Source of the DNA: a virus
Lineage: Duplodnaviria; Caudoviricetes
Direction: 5' to 3' (one strand)
Length of the DNA stretch: 46,812 bases
Virus record (IMG/VR): IMGVR_UViG_3300029171_000014
Coordinates: 1-46,812 of that record
Within the stretch, counting starts at the first letter, position 1; each line of letters begins with the position of its first letter. The notes below the pieces were generated by a model. The model was not told where the DNA came from, did no database searches, and saw nothing but the letters and a program-made list of their open reading frames with translations. Below are positions 33,786 to 43,634 of the stretch, piece after piece. The translations under genes were made by a program, and so were the position numbers.

Positions 33786-35521
33786 CAACTTTGCTTCCAA
33801 CAGCTTTGGTTTATTTATCCAAGGGCTACAGCGTGATCCCCGTTGGCCTAGATAAACGACCGCTGGTTAATTGGAAAGAATTCCAGAGTCGCAGGGCAAC
33901 TCCTGATGAGATGGTAGTTTGGTGGACACAAAATCCTGAAGCTCAAATTGGAATAGTCACTGGCTCCATTTCAAATCTAACTGTCGTTGACATTGAGTCA
34001 GATGGTGACTTTGAACTTTTAAAAGATCAGACTTTTACAGTTGAAACAGGGGGTAAGGGGAGGCATCTTTATTTCAAATACGAGAAAGAATTTAAAAATG
34101 CAGTTCGCATATTTCCATCCGTTGACGTCAGATCAGAAGGAGGTTATGTGGTAGCACCAGGTTCAAAGACGTCAAAAGGGGGGTACAGTGTGATTTTAGA
34201 TCTTGAGGTGATGCAAATGTCGTCTCAGACCAAAACTCTTCTCCTTGGTGCCAAAACAAAGCAAATCCCATGGTATGTGAGTTCGGGTCAGACCCAATAT
34301 CCGAGAGTTACGACTGAAGGTATTGAATATTTAGGCTCAAGCGAGGGTGCTAGAAATGACCTAATGACCAAGTTTGCTGGCTCAATTCACGCTAAATTAC
34401 ACGCCAGCCTTTGGTCTAGTATCGGGTGGCAGATGTTTGAGGCTGGAAATCAAAAGAACGTACCTCCACTTTCGCCATACGAGTTGCGAGTTATTTGGGC
34501 CTCGATTGGCTCACGTGAAACGCAACAAAATCCAAATGGCAGGGATTATAATCCTTTGCAGGTGCAGGAAAAGCTAAAAACTTGGGGACCAGAACCTGAT
34601 AATGTTTCGCAGGTTGGACGTAAATTTGATGATTCAGTATCTGATTCTGAAGCTGAGCAAGATTCACAGCAACTAGATCAAAAAGAAACATTACATGCAT
34701 CAGAAGTTGCCAGTCTGCAAACGATTGATTCAGAACATACTTATCCACTTGATATGCCTCCAATTGATGAGGCACTTTTAGGAGGATTTTCAGCGGGGGA
34801 AGTTATTGTGGTGGCAGGTCAGTCAGGTTCGGGAAAAACAACTTTGATTCAAGACTGGAGTGTAACATTGTCTTCTGGGGGTCAAGCTAAAAGGGAAAAA
34901 CTTCCATCTCTTTGGTTTTCTTATGAGGTACTTGCAAGACCGTTATGGCAGAAGTTTCAAGGTATGGGTGCAGACTTAAACACTCCAGTTTATATGCCAA
35001 GATTTAATGAAACAGGGGATATTGAGTGGGTTAAAGAAGTAATAGAAAAAGCTATTGTTAAATGGGGAATTAAAGTAGTTTGCATTGACCATTTAGGTTT
35101 TTTGCGGGCACCAAAAGGTAATTATTCTAACGCTGCAGACGCTCTTACAAATACAGTTCGTGCTTTGAAGAAACTTGCAGTGAAACGAGGATTAATTATT
35201 CTTTTGCCGGTTCACGTTAGAAAGACTTCTGCAAAAACTCCAGATTTAAATGATATTCGTGACTCACTCGGCATAGCTCAAGAAGCGGATACTGTGTTTT
35301 TTATTGGACGAGAAAAAGATGATTCGGGACTTGCTACAAATCAAGCAAAACTTTGGTTAGTAAAAAATCGTAAAACAGGTATTGCTGTAAGTGCAATTTT
35401 TGATTTTGTTTTTGGAAGATATTATTATTCAGCAGAACAGAACATTAGGAGGAATGAACAAGATGGTAATTCGGTAGATTTAGAGAATAAAAAGAAGGAT
35501 GATGGTTGGGCAGGTTTTTAA
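33782..35521 (+). CDS. bifunctional primase-polymerase fused to DnaB/SF4-like helicase
   Basis: GYSVIP, IGIVTG, VVDIE, TGGKGRHLYF, DVRSEGGYVV, GARND; GQSGSGKT, IDHL, DIRDS..IAQEAD.V, KNR. Confidence 0.9.
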   Translation: MTTLLPTALVYLSKGYSVIPVGLDKRPLVNWKEFQSRRATPDEMVVWWTQNPEAQIGIVTGSISNLTVVDIESDGDFELLKDQTFTVETGGKGRHLYFKYEKEFKNAVRIFPSVDVRSEGGYVVAPGSKTSKGGYSVILDLEVMQMSSQTKTLLLGAKTKQIPWYVSSGQTQYPRVTTEGIEYLGSSEGARNDLMTKFAGSIHAKLHASLWSSIGWQMFEAGNQKNVPPLSPYELRVIWASIGSRETQQNPNGRDYNPLQVQEKLKTWGPEPDNVSQVGRKFDDSVSDSEAEQDSQQLDQKETLHASEVASLQTIDSEHTYPLDMPPIDEALLGGFSAGEVIVVAGQSGSGKTTLIQDWSVTLSSGGQAKREKLPSLWFSYEVLARPLWQKFQGMGADLNTPVYMPRFNETGDIEWVKEVIEKAIVKWGIKVVCIDHLGFLRAPKGNYSNAADALTNTVRALKKLAVKRGLIILLPVHVRKTSAKTPDLNDIRDSLGIAQEADTVFFIGREKDDSGLATNQAKLWLVKNRKTGIAVSAIFDFVFGRYYYSAEQNIRRNEQDGNSVDLENKKKDDGWAGF

Positions 35522-35603
35522 TTTTAATATTAAAAGAGTAGAATTCGGCCCTATTAAGAAATTCTCAACTTATTTTTAGAGTTAAGATTATTTAATTCTA
35601 AAT

Positions 35604-35636
35604 AAAAAAGCCCCGCTTGTTAGGCGAGGCTCTTTT
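35604..35636 (-). terminator. intrinsic terminator between convergent units (possibly bidirectional)
   Basis: AGCCTCGC/GCGGGGCT stem followed by T run. Confidence 0.8.
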
Positions 35637-35637
35637 A

Positions 35638-36141
35638 TTAACGCTTTTTTGCTATTCCTATGTTGAATTTATTGCTGTCGTTTAGCTTTTTAATAATACT
35701 GTCTATGTCATCATTGATTTTGAAGTCTATCTCAAATTTTGGTTCTACTTCTTTAAACATTTTATTATTTATCATGTCTGTGTAGAATGTTTTAATTTCT
35801 TTTTTTGCTTTATTTAGTTCTGTTAATTTGAATTCTTTTGGGATATTGAATACTGTTTTTCTTTCTGTGTCTTCATATCTTATTCTACCTCTAATTTCTA
35901 GTTTATTTGTTTTTTTGTTATGTAGAATTGTTGCCATTAGATTTATGATTGTTTTGTATTGTGTAATATTTTTAATTGGTATAAATTCTAGGATTCCAAT
36001 GAACATATGTAATGGCATTATTTTTTCTGGATTCATTTCTATTACAGGTTTTGTTGGATTGTTTGTTATGTTTTTTAGTCTTTCTGGATTCATTTTATTT
36101 TCTGGTGAGATGTATGGTTGTTTTTCTTTTTTGGCTTTCAT
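35638..36141 (-). CDS. hypothetical protein
   Basis: coupled ORF in A-rich block. Confidence 0.65.
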   Translation of the reverse strand: MKAKKEKQPYISPENKMNPERLKNITNNPTKPVIEMNPEKIMPLHMFIGILEFIPIKNITQYKTIINLMATILHNKKTNKLEIRGRIRYEDTERKTVFNIPKEFKLTELNKAKKEIKTFYTDMINNKMFKEVEPKFEIDFKINDDIDSIIKKLNDSNKFNIGIAKKR

Positions 36142-36488
36142 ATTTGTAGTAGATTAAGTATTAATGCTTTCTTTTTAATTGCATATCCTATGTTTGTGTA
36201 GCTTTTTAACATGAGTTGTTTTGAGTTGAGAGTTTGGTATGAATCGTCTATCCAGTTTGTTATGTAGAATTTATCTTTTTTAGGTTCATAGAATATTTCT
36301 TTACGGCTTATTATTCCTTCTGTAAGAGTGATCATGTATTCATGATATCCATTAGCTAGGAAGGTCTTGAGTTCTTTTAAGTTCTTTATAATTTTGTATT
36401 TTGGTCTTGATTTCTTTTGCTTCTTCTTTGATATTGGTTTTGTTGTTTTGGTTAGTTTCTTTGTAACTTTTTTTGTTTTCTTTTGCAT
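36138..36488 (-). CDS. hypothetical phage protein
   Basis: SRK.I.Y....F.I.N.IDDS.Q.L...L....TNIG.AI.K.A. Confidence 0.65.
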   Translation of the reverse strand: MQKKTKKVTKKLTKTTKPISKKKQKKSRPKYKIIKNLKELKTFLANGYHEYMITLTEGIISRKEIFYEPKKDKFYITNWIDDSYQTLNSKQLMLKSYTNIGYAIKKKALILNLLQI

Positions 36489-36786
36489 AGTAGTTTATTA
36501 AGTTTTTAATTTGATCCCTAAGCTCTTTTGCCATTAGAATTTGTGAGGTTTTATTTTCTATTTCTAGTTTTATTAATTGATTCCAAAGTTCTATATGTTG
36601 TCCATCGTCTATTGTTCCAAGGTTGTAGGTTGTATTGCCCATTGGATTACATAAGGTTAGCATCCATTTATTGTTTTCAATTTTTTGGCATATGATCCAA
36701 TTGCTAGTTTGTGGAATTGTGTGGATTAGTATATTTTTTTCTCCATGTTTTGTTATGTGTGTTGCTAATCTATTAATGTTTTTCAT
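36352..36786 (-). CDS. hypothetical protein
   Basis: ATGA-coupled to VWA gene; 3' end overlaps next ORF. Confidence 0.55.
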   Translation of the reverse strand: MKNINRLATHITKHGEKNILIHTIPQTSNWIICQKIENNKWMLTLCNPMGNTTYNLGTIDDGQHIELWNQLIKLEIENKTSQILMAKELRDQIKNLINYYAKENKKSYKETNQNNKTNIKEEAKEIKTKIQNYKELKRTQDLPS

Positions 36787-38270
36787 GATTTTGTGGTTAT
36801 TGTTGCTTTAAGAATGTCTATGAAAGCTTTACCTATTAAGTTTGTGTCTTTTGTGTCTTTGATATTTATGTTTTTCTTTTTAGAAAAAGTATTATCCATG
36901 TCGTAGGTATCACTTCCTATTGTTATTCCAAGAGCTTCTATGTTTTGTTTTGTTGCTTCTTTGTGTGCTTCTTGCATATCTAATAGATTACTTTCTCCAT
37001 CTGTTAGGACTATCATTATTTTTCTTTCTGCTTTTGATTTAATAAGTTCTGTTGTACATGCTCTTATTGCTTTTCCAATATTTGTTCCATCAGTTTCTGC
37101 TTTGTTCATATTTTTGTCTGTTGCTATTTCTTCCCATTTTATTCTTTTTTTATTTAGTGTATTTAGGGTGTTGGCATTAGTTCCAAAGATAATTAGTGAT
37201 CTTTCTGTGTTGGCTATTTTTAATGCTTCTCCTACCATTTGTAGTGACGTTAGTGCGTAACTTCCTGCATTTTTTCTATTACTACCGCCTTGGAACATTG
37301 AGCCAGAAACATCAGAGGCAATGGCGAATGCATAGCTTTGGTTGCTTTTAATGATTCTTCTTCCAAATGGTCTTTTGTCGTTAAGTGTTTTGGTTCTTAT
37401 GAGTTTTTTTGTCATTAATTTACCGCTTCTATATCTTCCTCCGAATTCCATAGCATTGTTTCTTTTTAGGATTGTTCTTAGTTCTTTTCCTATTTTATTT
37501 GCTTGTTCTGATATGTTGTCTATGAATTCGATGTCTCTTCTGCTGTGTCCTGTATCTTTCCATCCTTTTCCTGCTTTTAAGCTGTTTATTATTTTTTGTT
37601 TTGTTGCTTCTTGTTCTGTGTCATTTTGTGCATTTCCATGCATTTTGCTTTCTGACATTTTCTTTTTATCTTCTTCTGTTGGTTGTCCTTTTTCTTTGAT
37701 TAATAGGTCTACAATAGCCTTACTTAATGGTAGAAGATCTTTAGTTTCTGGTCTTAGATATATTTCATCTTTTCTGCTAATCATTAAGTCTGCAATCTTT
37801 TCTCCTATTCTTTCATAATCTTCTGTTCCTAAAGCATATCCTCTGCCTTCAAATCTTGTTGCTCCGAACAGTAAAGCTTTTTCATATTCTGATACTGTGT
37901 CTAGTTTAGGTAGGATTTTTATAAGAGTGTCTAGGACTTCCATTTTGGTTGTGCTTAGAATTTCTCCTGCGTTTGGGTAGTCATTACTAATTATGCTTTC
38001 TATTGCAATGTCTTCTAGCATATTTAGTGTTGTTTCTGTTAGTTCTTTGTTTTCATTAGGGATATCTGTTTCTTTTGTGTAATGGATGTGGGCAATTTCA
38101 TGCAGAAGTAGTCCTAATATATGTTCCTCTGATAGGGTGTATATATCTTCTTTTTTGTAGAATATATCTCTGTTTTTTATGTTTGCTGCCCAACTTTTTC
38201 CTTCTATTACTTTTATTCTATGTTCTTTGGCTAACATTGTTGCGACCTTTTGAAATTCACTTAGTTTCAT
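36783..38270 (-). CDS. VWA domain protein with N-terminal HExxH (CobT-like)
   Basis: LHEIAH, NMLED..IE, MIDAS DVSGSM, GTN, VLTDGE. Confidence 0.88.
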   Translation of the reverse strand: MKLSEFQKVATMLAKEHRIKVIEGKSWAANIKNRDIFYKKEDIYTLSEEHILGLLLHEIAHIHYTKETDIPNENKELTETTLNMLEDIAIESIISNDYPNAGEILSTTKMEVLDTLIKILPKLDTVSEYEKALLFGATRFEGRGYALGTEDYERIGEKIADLMISRKDEIYLRPETKDLLPLSKAIVDLLIKEKGQPTEEDKKKMSESKMHGNAQNDTEQEATKQKIINSLKAGKGWKDTGHSRRDIEFIDNISEQANKIGKELRTILKRNNAMEFGGRYRSGKLMTKKLIRTKTLNDKRPFGRRIIKSNQSYAFAIASDVSGSMFQGGSNRKNAGSYALTSLQMVGEALKIANTERSLIIFGTNANTLNTLNKKRIKWEEIATDKNMNKAETDGTNIGKAIRACTTELIKSKAERKIMIVLTDGESNLLDMQEAHKEATKQNIEALGITIGSDTYDMDNTFSKKKNINIKDTKDTNLIGKAFIDILKATITTKS

Positions 38271-39559
38271 AGTGTTGTATTAGTTTGAGTAATTTGAGAG
38301 ATGTCATTAATTATTTGTGCTGTTTTGGTGTTCATTATTTTGTCTATTTCTTTTGAGTGAATGATTATTCCTTTTTTTCCTTTGTTTGGACCTGCTGTAA
38401 TTTCTATAGTACTTCCTATGTTGTTGCCCTTGCCTGTTGCTTCTGTTGTGAAGATCTCTTCCTCTTCTTCGTAGTAGATACCTGTGATCTTAAACTCGTC
38501 ACCCTTGATTGCGGTTTCTTTTTGGTTTTCAGAGATGATGTCTCCTATCTTTTTTGTGATTATTTCTTGGTATTTTGCTTTGTTATCTGTCAAGCTGTAG
38601 TAGGCATTGTTTATATCCTTTTCCATTATGTAGGTATTGTTGATGTGTAGATCTTTAATGTCGTTTATTTGTGTTCTTATGTTATTTGCTTGCTTCTTTG
38701 TTGGTAAGTGAAGTTTTGCTATTGTTTTTATAGCTTTGTTGTCTTCTTTATCAAGTTTATTGGCAAATGCTAGACCTAGTGCTTCTGTTGGTTCCATGTT
38801 TTGAGCCAATCTTAATGTGTTGAGGATGTCTCTTGTGTTGATTTCATATTCTGATGTTCCTAGTTCTTTTGCTTCTCTTGTTTGGTTAGCTAGGCTTACA
38901 AGCTTTATAGCTAGTTCTGACTTGCTTATAGCATTTCCTAGGTGGTGTTCTATTATTTCTAGTTCTGTCTTTTCTGGTGGGAATTCTGTGTTGATACAGA
39001 TGGCAAATCTAGACAGAAGTGCTTTGTTCATTTCTTTTGTTCCTGCATACTCTGGAGGATTGCAGGTTGCAAATAATCTGAAGTTTGGATGCTTATAGAC
39101 TATTTCTTTGTTATCTTTTTCATTTAGGACTAAGTAACCGTCGTCGTCTAAGATTGACTGTAGTACAAAGAGAACTTCTGGTAATGCAGCATTAATCTCA
39201 TCAAGTACTAGAATTTCTCCATTACGCATTGCTTCTGTTAGGATTCCATCAACCCAATATGTGCCTTTGTCGTTAATCAGAAGTCTGCCAACTAGTTCGT
39301 CGGCTGTTGTTCCTCCGTTTAGGTTAACTCTTCTTAGTCCTTGTTTTGTTTGACTTGCTACAAATCTAATTGCTGATGTCTTTCCTGTTCCTGATTCTCC
39401 CATTATTAGCACTGGTAGATTATCTCTGATTCCTATTGCTATTGTTTTTAGAATTTCTCCATGATCAATGAATTTGCCTCCGTTTTGTGGGATATATAGG
39501 CTTTTTCCATCCTGTATTGGTACTTCTATTTTTCCATATTTTACTGTTTTAGTTTGCAT
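38267..39559 (-). CDS. MoxR-family AAA+ ATPase (CbbQ/NirQ/CobS-like)
   Basis: GESGTGKT, WVDG.L..A, LDEINAA, HPNFRLFAT.NP..YAGT, ALLSRF, TRD. Confidence 0.92.
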   Translation of the reverse strand: MQTKTVKYGKIEVPIQDGKSLYIPQNGGKFIDHGEILKTIAIGIRDNLPVLIMGESGTGKTSAIRFVASQTKQGLRRVNLNGGTTADELVGRLLINDKGTYWVDGILTEAMRNGEILVLDEINAALPEVLFVLQSILDDDGYLVLNEKDNKEIVYKHPNFRLFATCNPPEYAGTKEMNKALLSRFAICINTEFPPEKTELEIIEHHLGNAISKSELAIKLVSLANQTREAKELGTSEYEINTRDILNTLRLAQNMEPTEALGLAFANKLDKEDNKAIKTIAKLHLPTKKQANNIRTQINDIKDLHINNTYIMEKDINNAYYSLTDNKAKYQEIITKKIGDIISENQKETAIKGDEFKITGIYYEEEEEIFTTEATGKGNNIGSTIEITAGPNKGKKGIIIHSKEIDKIMNTKTAQIINDISQITQTNTTL

Positions 39560-40355
39560 GACTTTTATTCTTAGTTTTATTAATTATTTCTCCTGAGTAA
39601 TTTAGTTTTTTTGCTAGTTTAAGCATTCTACCTTTTCCATATTTAGCTATTAGTTCTTTTTCTTTATTGGCTTTTTGTGTTTTTTTCTCTAATTCTATTG
39701 CTTTTGTTTCTGTGGTTATTTTGGGGTTATTATTTAGTAAGTCTTCTATTTTTTCTTCTGGTGATTCTTGTGGTGTTGTTTCTTGGGATAATGAGAATGG
39801 AGAGATTATTCTTTTGTTGTTTGTCTCATTGTTTATTAAGTCTTTTTGTATTTCTTCTATTGATACTTCTATTAATCCTAGTGTTTCTATTAGAATCATT
39901 TTTGAAACTTCTGTATTTGGAGTATTGTCTTCTATGAGCTTCATTACTGTTTTTGTATTGTTCCCATCTTTTGGAACTTCTAGGTAGGTTATTGGATTGT
40001 TTTCTTTTGTTTTGTATTTGATGTTGTCTTCTGGTGTTAATAGTTTAGTTCCTGCCATTTCTGCAAAATTTCTGAGTTCTTTTATTAGTTCTTTTTCATT
40101 CTCTATTGGGTATTCTGCAATATTTGCTCCATGTCCTTTACAGAATCCTTCTGGTTTTATATGGCAGATTGTAGCTCTTGCTATTGCTTTGTTATCTTTT
40201 CTGATTACGGTGAAGATGTTGTGTATTGTTTTTTTATTGTCTGTGTCTTCAATGTCGAAGGATAAGGCCATTGCAAGGGTTTCGTCTTTTTGTAATTTTG
40301 GTGTATTGAGTTTTTGAAATGGTGAGAACCATTTTTGTGGATATAGTTGAGTCAT
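39549..40355 (-). CDS. hypothetical protein
   Basis: 268-aa coupled ORF. Confidence 0.65.
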   Translation of the reverse strand: MTQLYPQKWFSPFQKLNTPKLQKDETLAMALSFDIEDTDNKKTIHNIFTVIRKDNKAIARATICHIKPEGFCKGHGANIAEYPIENEKELIKELRNFAEMAGTKLLTPEDNIKYKTKENNPITYLEVPKDGNNTKTVMKLIEDNTPNTEVSKMILIETLGLIEVSIEEIQKDLINNETNNKRIISPFSLSQETTPQESPEEKIEDLLNNNPKITTETKAIELEKKTQKANKEKELIAKYGKGRMLKLAKKLNYSGEIINKTKNKSHAN

Positions 40356-40765
40356 TTTATTAATTTATTAGGTATTAATGTGACTATTGCTTCATATTCA
40401 AAGTATCCTTCTAGGACTTCAAATGATACTTTGTATTTTGATTCGTAGTTTTTACCTAATAATTCTGTTATTTTGTCGTAAGCAATTTCTGTTGCTTTGT
40501 TAATTGATTTAGCCCAGTTATAATTTGGACTTCCCTCATCCGCTGTTGGTCCAATTTCTTCTATATCTATTCCTAGGTTTATTATTATTGATCCCTTGAT
40601 TTGCTTCTTGTATCCAGTATCAAGATCGTCATAGCTTTGGTTATAGTTAGCATTGTTGTAATGAGCGTCTTCATCTCTGTCAAAGAGAGAGTAGTTTCTT
40701 ACTGGGGGTAGGTATTCTTTTGGTGTTGTGTCTTTGCTTAATGTCATTTCTCTTATTCCTTTCAT
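40352..40765 (-). CDS. hypothetical protein
   Basis: coupled ORF. Confidence 0.65.
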   Translation of the reverse strand: MKGIREMTLSKDTTPKEYLPPVRNYSLFDRDEDAHYNNANYNQSYDDLDTGYKKQIKGSIIINLGIDIEEIGPTADEGSPNYNWAKSINKATEIAYDKITELLGKNYESKYKVSFEVLEGYFEYEAIVTLIPNKLIK

Positions 40766-40777
40766 GTTTTGTTTTTA

Positions 40778-41107
40778 TTATTTTATTAATGCTATTTCTT
40801 CTCCTAAGCCACCTGCGATTCGTAGTAGTGCTGATAATGATATATATCCATTTCTTTCTGCTCTTGTGATTGTTCCTTGAGACATTCTTATTTTTGATGC
40901 CAGTTCTCTTTGTGAGTATCCTAGTGCTATTCGTTTGTTTTTTATTTGCATTTGTATTTTTTCTATATTTGTGAGCAGTGGTTCATCAATTTGTTGATTA
41001 GGGCCTGTGTAGTTTCTTTGTGTTGGTTGAGATAGGTTAATTGGTTCTATTGGTTGATTTGATTTTTCTTTTAATGAAGTTAGGCTGTTTAATAGATTTA
41101 TATTCAT
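40778..41107 (-). CDS. XRE-family HTH regulator
   Basis: IKNKRIALGYSQRELASKIRMSQGTITRAERNG.ISL..L.RIA..LG. Confidence 0.9.
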   Translation of the reverse strand: MNINLLNSLTSLKEKSNQPIEPINLSQPTQRNYTGPNQQIDEPLLTNIEKIQMQIKNKRIALGYSQRELASKIRMSQGTITRAERNGYISLSALLRIAGGLGEEIALIK

Positions 41108-41110
41108 GTT

Positions 41111-41599
41111 TTAATAATTGTTAATTGTGTTTTTAATTATTTTTCCATTTATTATTGTTTCTGTTCCTTTGAATCTCATGCCTGGTTCATTATAATAATT
41201 TTGAAATTTTAGTTTTGGGAATTGTTTTGATGTGTTTATTAACCATTGTGTTGGTGGAGACCATGGTGTGTCGTACTCATAGATTATTTTTGTTTTACCG
41301 TTTTTGTAGTTTGTTTGTGTTGGTTTTGTCATGCTGTCTTTGTATGGACCCCATTTGCATCCCCAATTAGCTATTTGCCAAGAATGCCAATCAGTATGCC
41401 CATATTTCTTTATTAGGTTTGCTTGTTTGATTTTACTTAGATTACTTGGGGATTGTGTATTTGCTAGTTCATCTGGCATTGGGATAGTTGTTTGGAAGTT
41501 TAGTGGTTCGTCTTTGCTTTTCCATACAGTTTCTTTGAATCTAATTATTTCTTTAGTTTTACCTAGGATCGTGAGTTTGTTCATGCAGTAATTAGCCAT
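41111..41599 (-). CDS. DUF1281/YubB-like ferredoxin-fold protein
   Basis: MANYC.N.L.I.G, W..W...NWG.KW, TPWSPP, YNEPG. Confidence 0.75.
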   Translation of the reverse strand: MANYCMNKLTILGKTKEIIRFKETVWKSKDEPLNFQTTIPMPDELANTQSPSNLSKIKQANLIKKYGHTDWHSWQIANWGCKWGPYKDSMTKPTQTNYKNGKTKIIYEYDTPWSPPTQWLINTSKQFPKLKFQNYYNEPGMRFKGTETIINGKIIKNTINNY

Positions 41600-41603
41600 A
41601 TGA

Positions 41604-41819
41604 TTATTGTTTGATTAATCCTTGTTTTAATAATTCTTGGATAATTCGACCAAACCATCCTTGTAGTTGATTAGTTAATTTTTTGTCGTGGATATACTGC
41701 CAAGCAGCTATTCTTTCGTTTTCTGTGGCATTTTCTCCTTCACAGAATCCTTCTGCTATTGCTGTTGCCATGTATGGGGTTAGTTTTTTATATGCTTTAG
41801 TGTTTCTTATGTTTTTCAT
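41604..41819 (-). CDS. hypothetical phage protein
   Basis: A..IAEGF...IAAWQYI.D.....LQGWFGR....L...GLI. Confidence 0.7.
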   Translation of the reverse strand: MKNIRNTKAYKKLTPYMATAIAEGFCEGENATENERIAAWQYIHDKKLTNQLQGWFGRIIQELLKQGLIKQ

Positions 41820-42061
41820 GTATTAGTTTTGATTAATTTAGCCATAGCTTCGACTTTTATATCTTTGACATATACATCTCCATATTCACCTTCTGGAACT
41901 ATGGGAGTTTTGACTAAGCAGAACCATCTGGCATTAGGTTTATTGTCGTCTAATTGCCACTTTTTTAGTATGTGCCATTCCCAGTCTGGGAGAATTGGAG
42001 AATTGCTCCAGATCTCATATGGATTATCTGCGGGTCTTGTTTTTGATTGTGTGTTTTTCAT
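41816..42061 (-). CDS. hypothetical phage protein
   Basis: KTR..DNPY..W...WEW..LK.WQ...ARWFC.VK.P....EYGD.Y. Confidence 0.7.
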   Translation of the reverse strand: MKNTQSKTRPADNPYEIWSNSPILPDWEWHILKKWQLDDNKPNARWFCLVKTPIVPEGEYGDVYVKDIKVEAMAKLIKTNT

Positions 42062-42224
42062 TTGGTTTGTCTATACTTAATAATACTTCAAAGCAGTCTT
42101 CGCATTCTATTGAGATATTTGCTACTTGTTTCCCTTTTCCGTATTTAACACAAGCAATATTATGTCCTATGTGTCTTCTTAGTCTTTTGAATTCTAGTTT
42201 GTCTTTTTTGTTTAGGTTTTGCAT
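42024..42224 (-). CDS. small Zn-binding protein
   Basis: HIGHNI.C..YG.....N..IECEDC.EVL. Confidence 0.7.
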   Translation of the reverse strand: MQNLNKKDKLEFKRLRRHIGHNIACVKYGKGKQVANISIECEDCFEVLLSIDKPNEKHTIKNKTRR

Positions 42225-42387
42225 ATTGATTTAGATAAGTTGCTAATGTTTTCACTTCGTGGAATATATGTTTCCCCCTTGGTCTTTCCATTTCTTCCCA
42301 ATTCTTTTCTTCGTCGTGATACATGTATTCAGTGATTTTGGCTATTGCTTCTAATAGCTTGTAGGTCATTGGATATAGTTTTTTCAT
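42160..42387 (-). CDS. hypothetical phage protein
   Basis: Y...DE.K.WEE......HIF. Confidence 0.6.
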   Translation of the reverse strand: MKKLYPMTYKLLEAIAKITEYMYHDEEKNWEEMERPRGKHIFHEVKTLATYLNQYAKPKQKRQTRIQKTKKTHRT

Positions 42388-42391
42388 ATTC

Positions 42392-42592
42392 TTATTCTTT
42401 AGTTTTGTTAAACTCTACAATGTGATGGCTGTCTTTTTCTATATTTCGTATGCCTTCTTTGGCTTTTTGTAGTCTGAATCTGGCTTTTTGTTTTTTTAGT
42501 ATTGCTTTTGTTTCATTTTTGTCTGCTTCTATTTTTTCTAATAGAGCTATTCTGAGTTCATTTATTTTTTCTTCTACTTCTTTGGTTGTCAT
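42392..42592 (-). CDS. small coiled-coil protein
   Basis: coupled ORF. Confidence 0.6.
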   Translation of the reverse strand: MTTKEVEEKINELRIALLEKIEADKNETKAILKKQKARFRLQKAKEGIRNIEKDSHHIVEFNKTKE

Positions 42593-42954
42593 AGTTTTGA
42601 TTCTGCTTTAAAGAATTTAGCTTGTGCTTTTGTAATGCCACAATCTATTTCAACTTTCATACAACGACCTTCTGTATTGAAGTAACCGTAGACTGGATAG
42701 AATCCATCTCCATAACCTGAAGAGAATGTAACAGCTAAGCCGGGATGGCCTTTCTTGTAATTGATTTGGTGTTTTTCTACTTGATTAGCTATACAGATGG
42801 CTGGATATGAGAAGGGGTGTTTGCTTGGTTTGAAGTCTCCTGTTTTGTCTAATCGGATTTCTTCGTTCCACCATTCTGAGTTTATGTAGCAAGGGTCTGT
42901 AATTATTAATTGGCCTGAATCAACTCCAACGTGACCTAATAGTTTCTTTTTCAT
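42589..42954 (-). CDS. DUF4241-like protein
   Basis: G.VGVDSGQL.I.DPCY; SGYGDG.YPVY. Confidence 0.7.
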   Translation of the reverse strand: MKKKLLGHVGVDSGQLIITDPCYINSEWWNEEIRLDKTGDFKPSKHPFSYPAICIANQVEKHQINYKKGHPGLAVTFSSGYGDGFYPVYGYFNTEGRCMKVEIDCGITKAQAKFFKAESKL

Positions 42955-43148
42955 TGTGTTTGTTCTATTTCTTTAGTAATGTCTTCTTCGCATTCTGGGC
43001 AGAAATGTTCTATATCTTCCCAATCTCCATAGTCTTTTGTGTCGAATTCACCGTTGGATATTGTGAAGTCTCCAGAGTTGCTGACTGATGCTGTAAATCT
43101 ACTGTATTCTATTTCTTTTTTGCAGTGTAGGCATATTATTGATTTCAT
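42951..43148 (-). CDS. zinc-ribbon protein
   Basis: CLHC...CPEC. Confidence 0.7.
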   Translation of the reverse strand: MKSIICLHCKKEIEYSRFTASVSNSGDFTISNGEFDTKDYGDWEDIEHFCPECEEDITKEIEQTQ

Positions 43149-43634
43149 TTAAGTTGATTTATTTTGTCTAATAATGTTGTTTCTTTTATTTCTGCAAGAG
43201 ATACCACAGTAATTGTTATTAAGTTTATATTGTCTTGGATATATAAGCTTAGGTTTATTACATAAGGCACATTTGATTTTTATTTTTTGGATAGTTGGTG
43301 GACCTTTTCCAAGACGGCTTATTTTTCCCCAATGGAGCTTTAATCTGGCCATTGTTTGAGCTGATCGTTTGTAGTTGTGATTTCTGCCTTTAGTGAAGCG
43401 ATATTTAGCTCCTTTTTGTAGGTTTTTGAGTGTTCCATTGGCGATTACGTGACTTCTCATTTTGTCTCTGTATTCTTCTGTGACAATACCTCGTTTTACA
43501 TCAAGGCTGTGTTTCTCTTTATAGTTTCTTGCTAGTATTTGATGTTTTTGCCAAGCATGAGATAAGGGTTTTTTGAAGTATTTGCCACATTCTAGGCATT
43601 TGATTTTGCCGTTTTGAATGTATGGCGTTTTCAT
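43149..43634 (-). CDS. Ros/MucR-like zinc-finger protein with extra C-terminal Zn finger
   Basis: IKCLECGKYFK...H....H......YK..H.L; CALC...YC...C. Confidence 0.7.
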   Translation of the reverse strand: MKTPYIQNGKIKCLECGKYFKKPLSHAWQKHQILARNYKEKHSLDVKRGIVTEEYRDKMRSHVIANGTLKNLQKGAKYRFTKGRNHNYKRSAQTMARLKLHWGKISRLGKGPPTIQKIKIKCALCNKPKLIYPRQYKLNNNYCGISCRNKRNNIIRQNKST

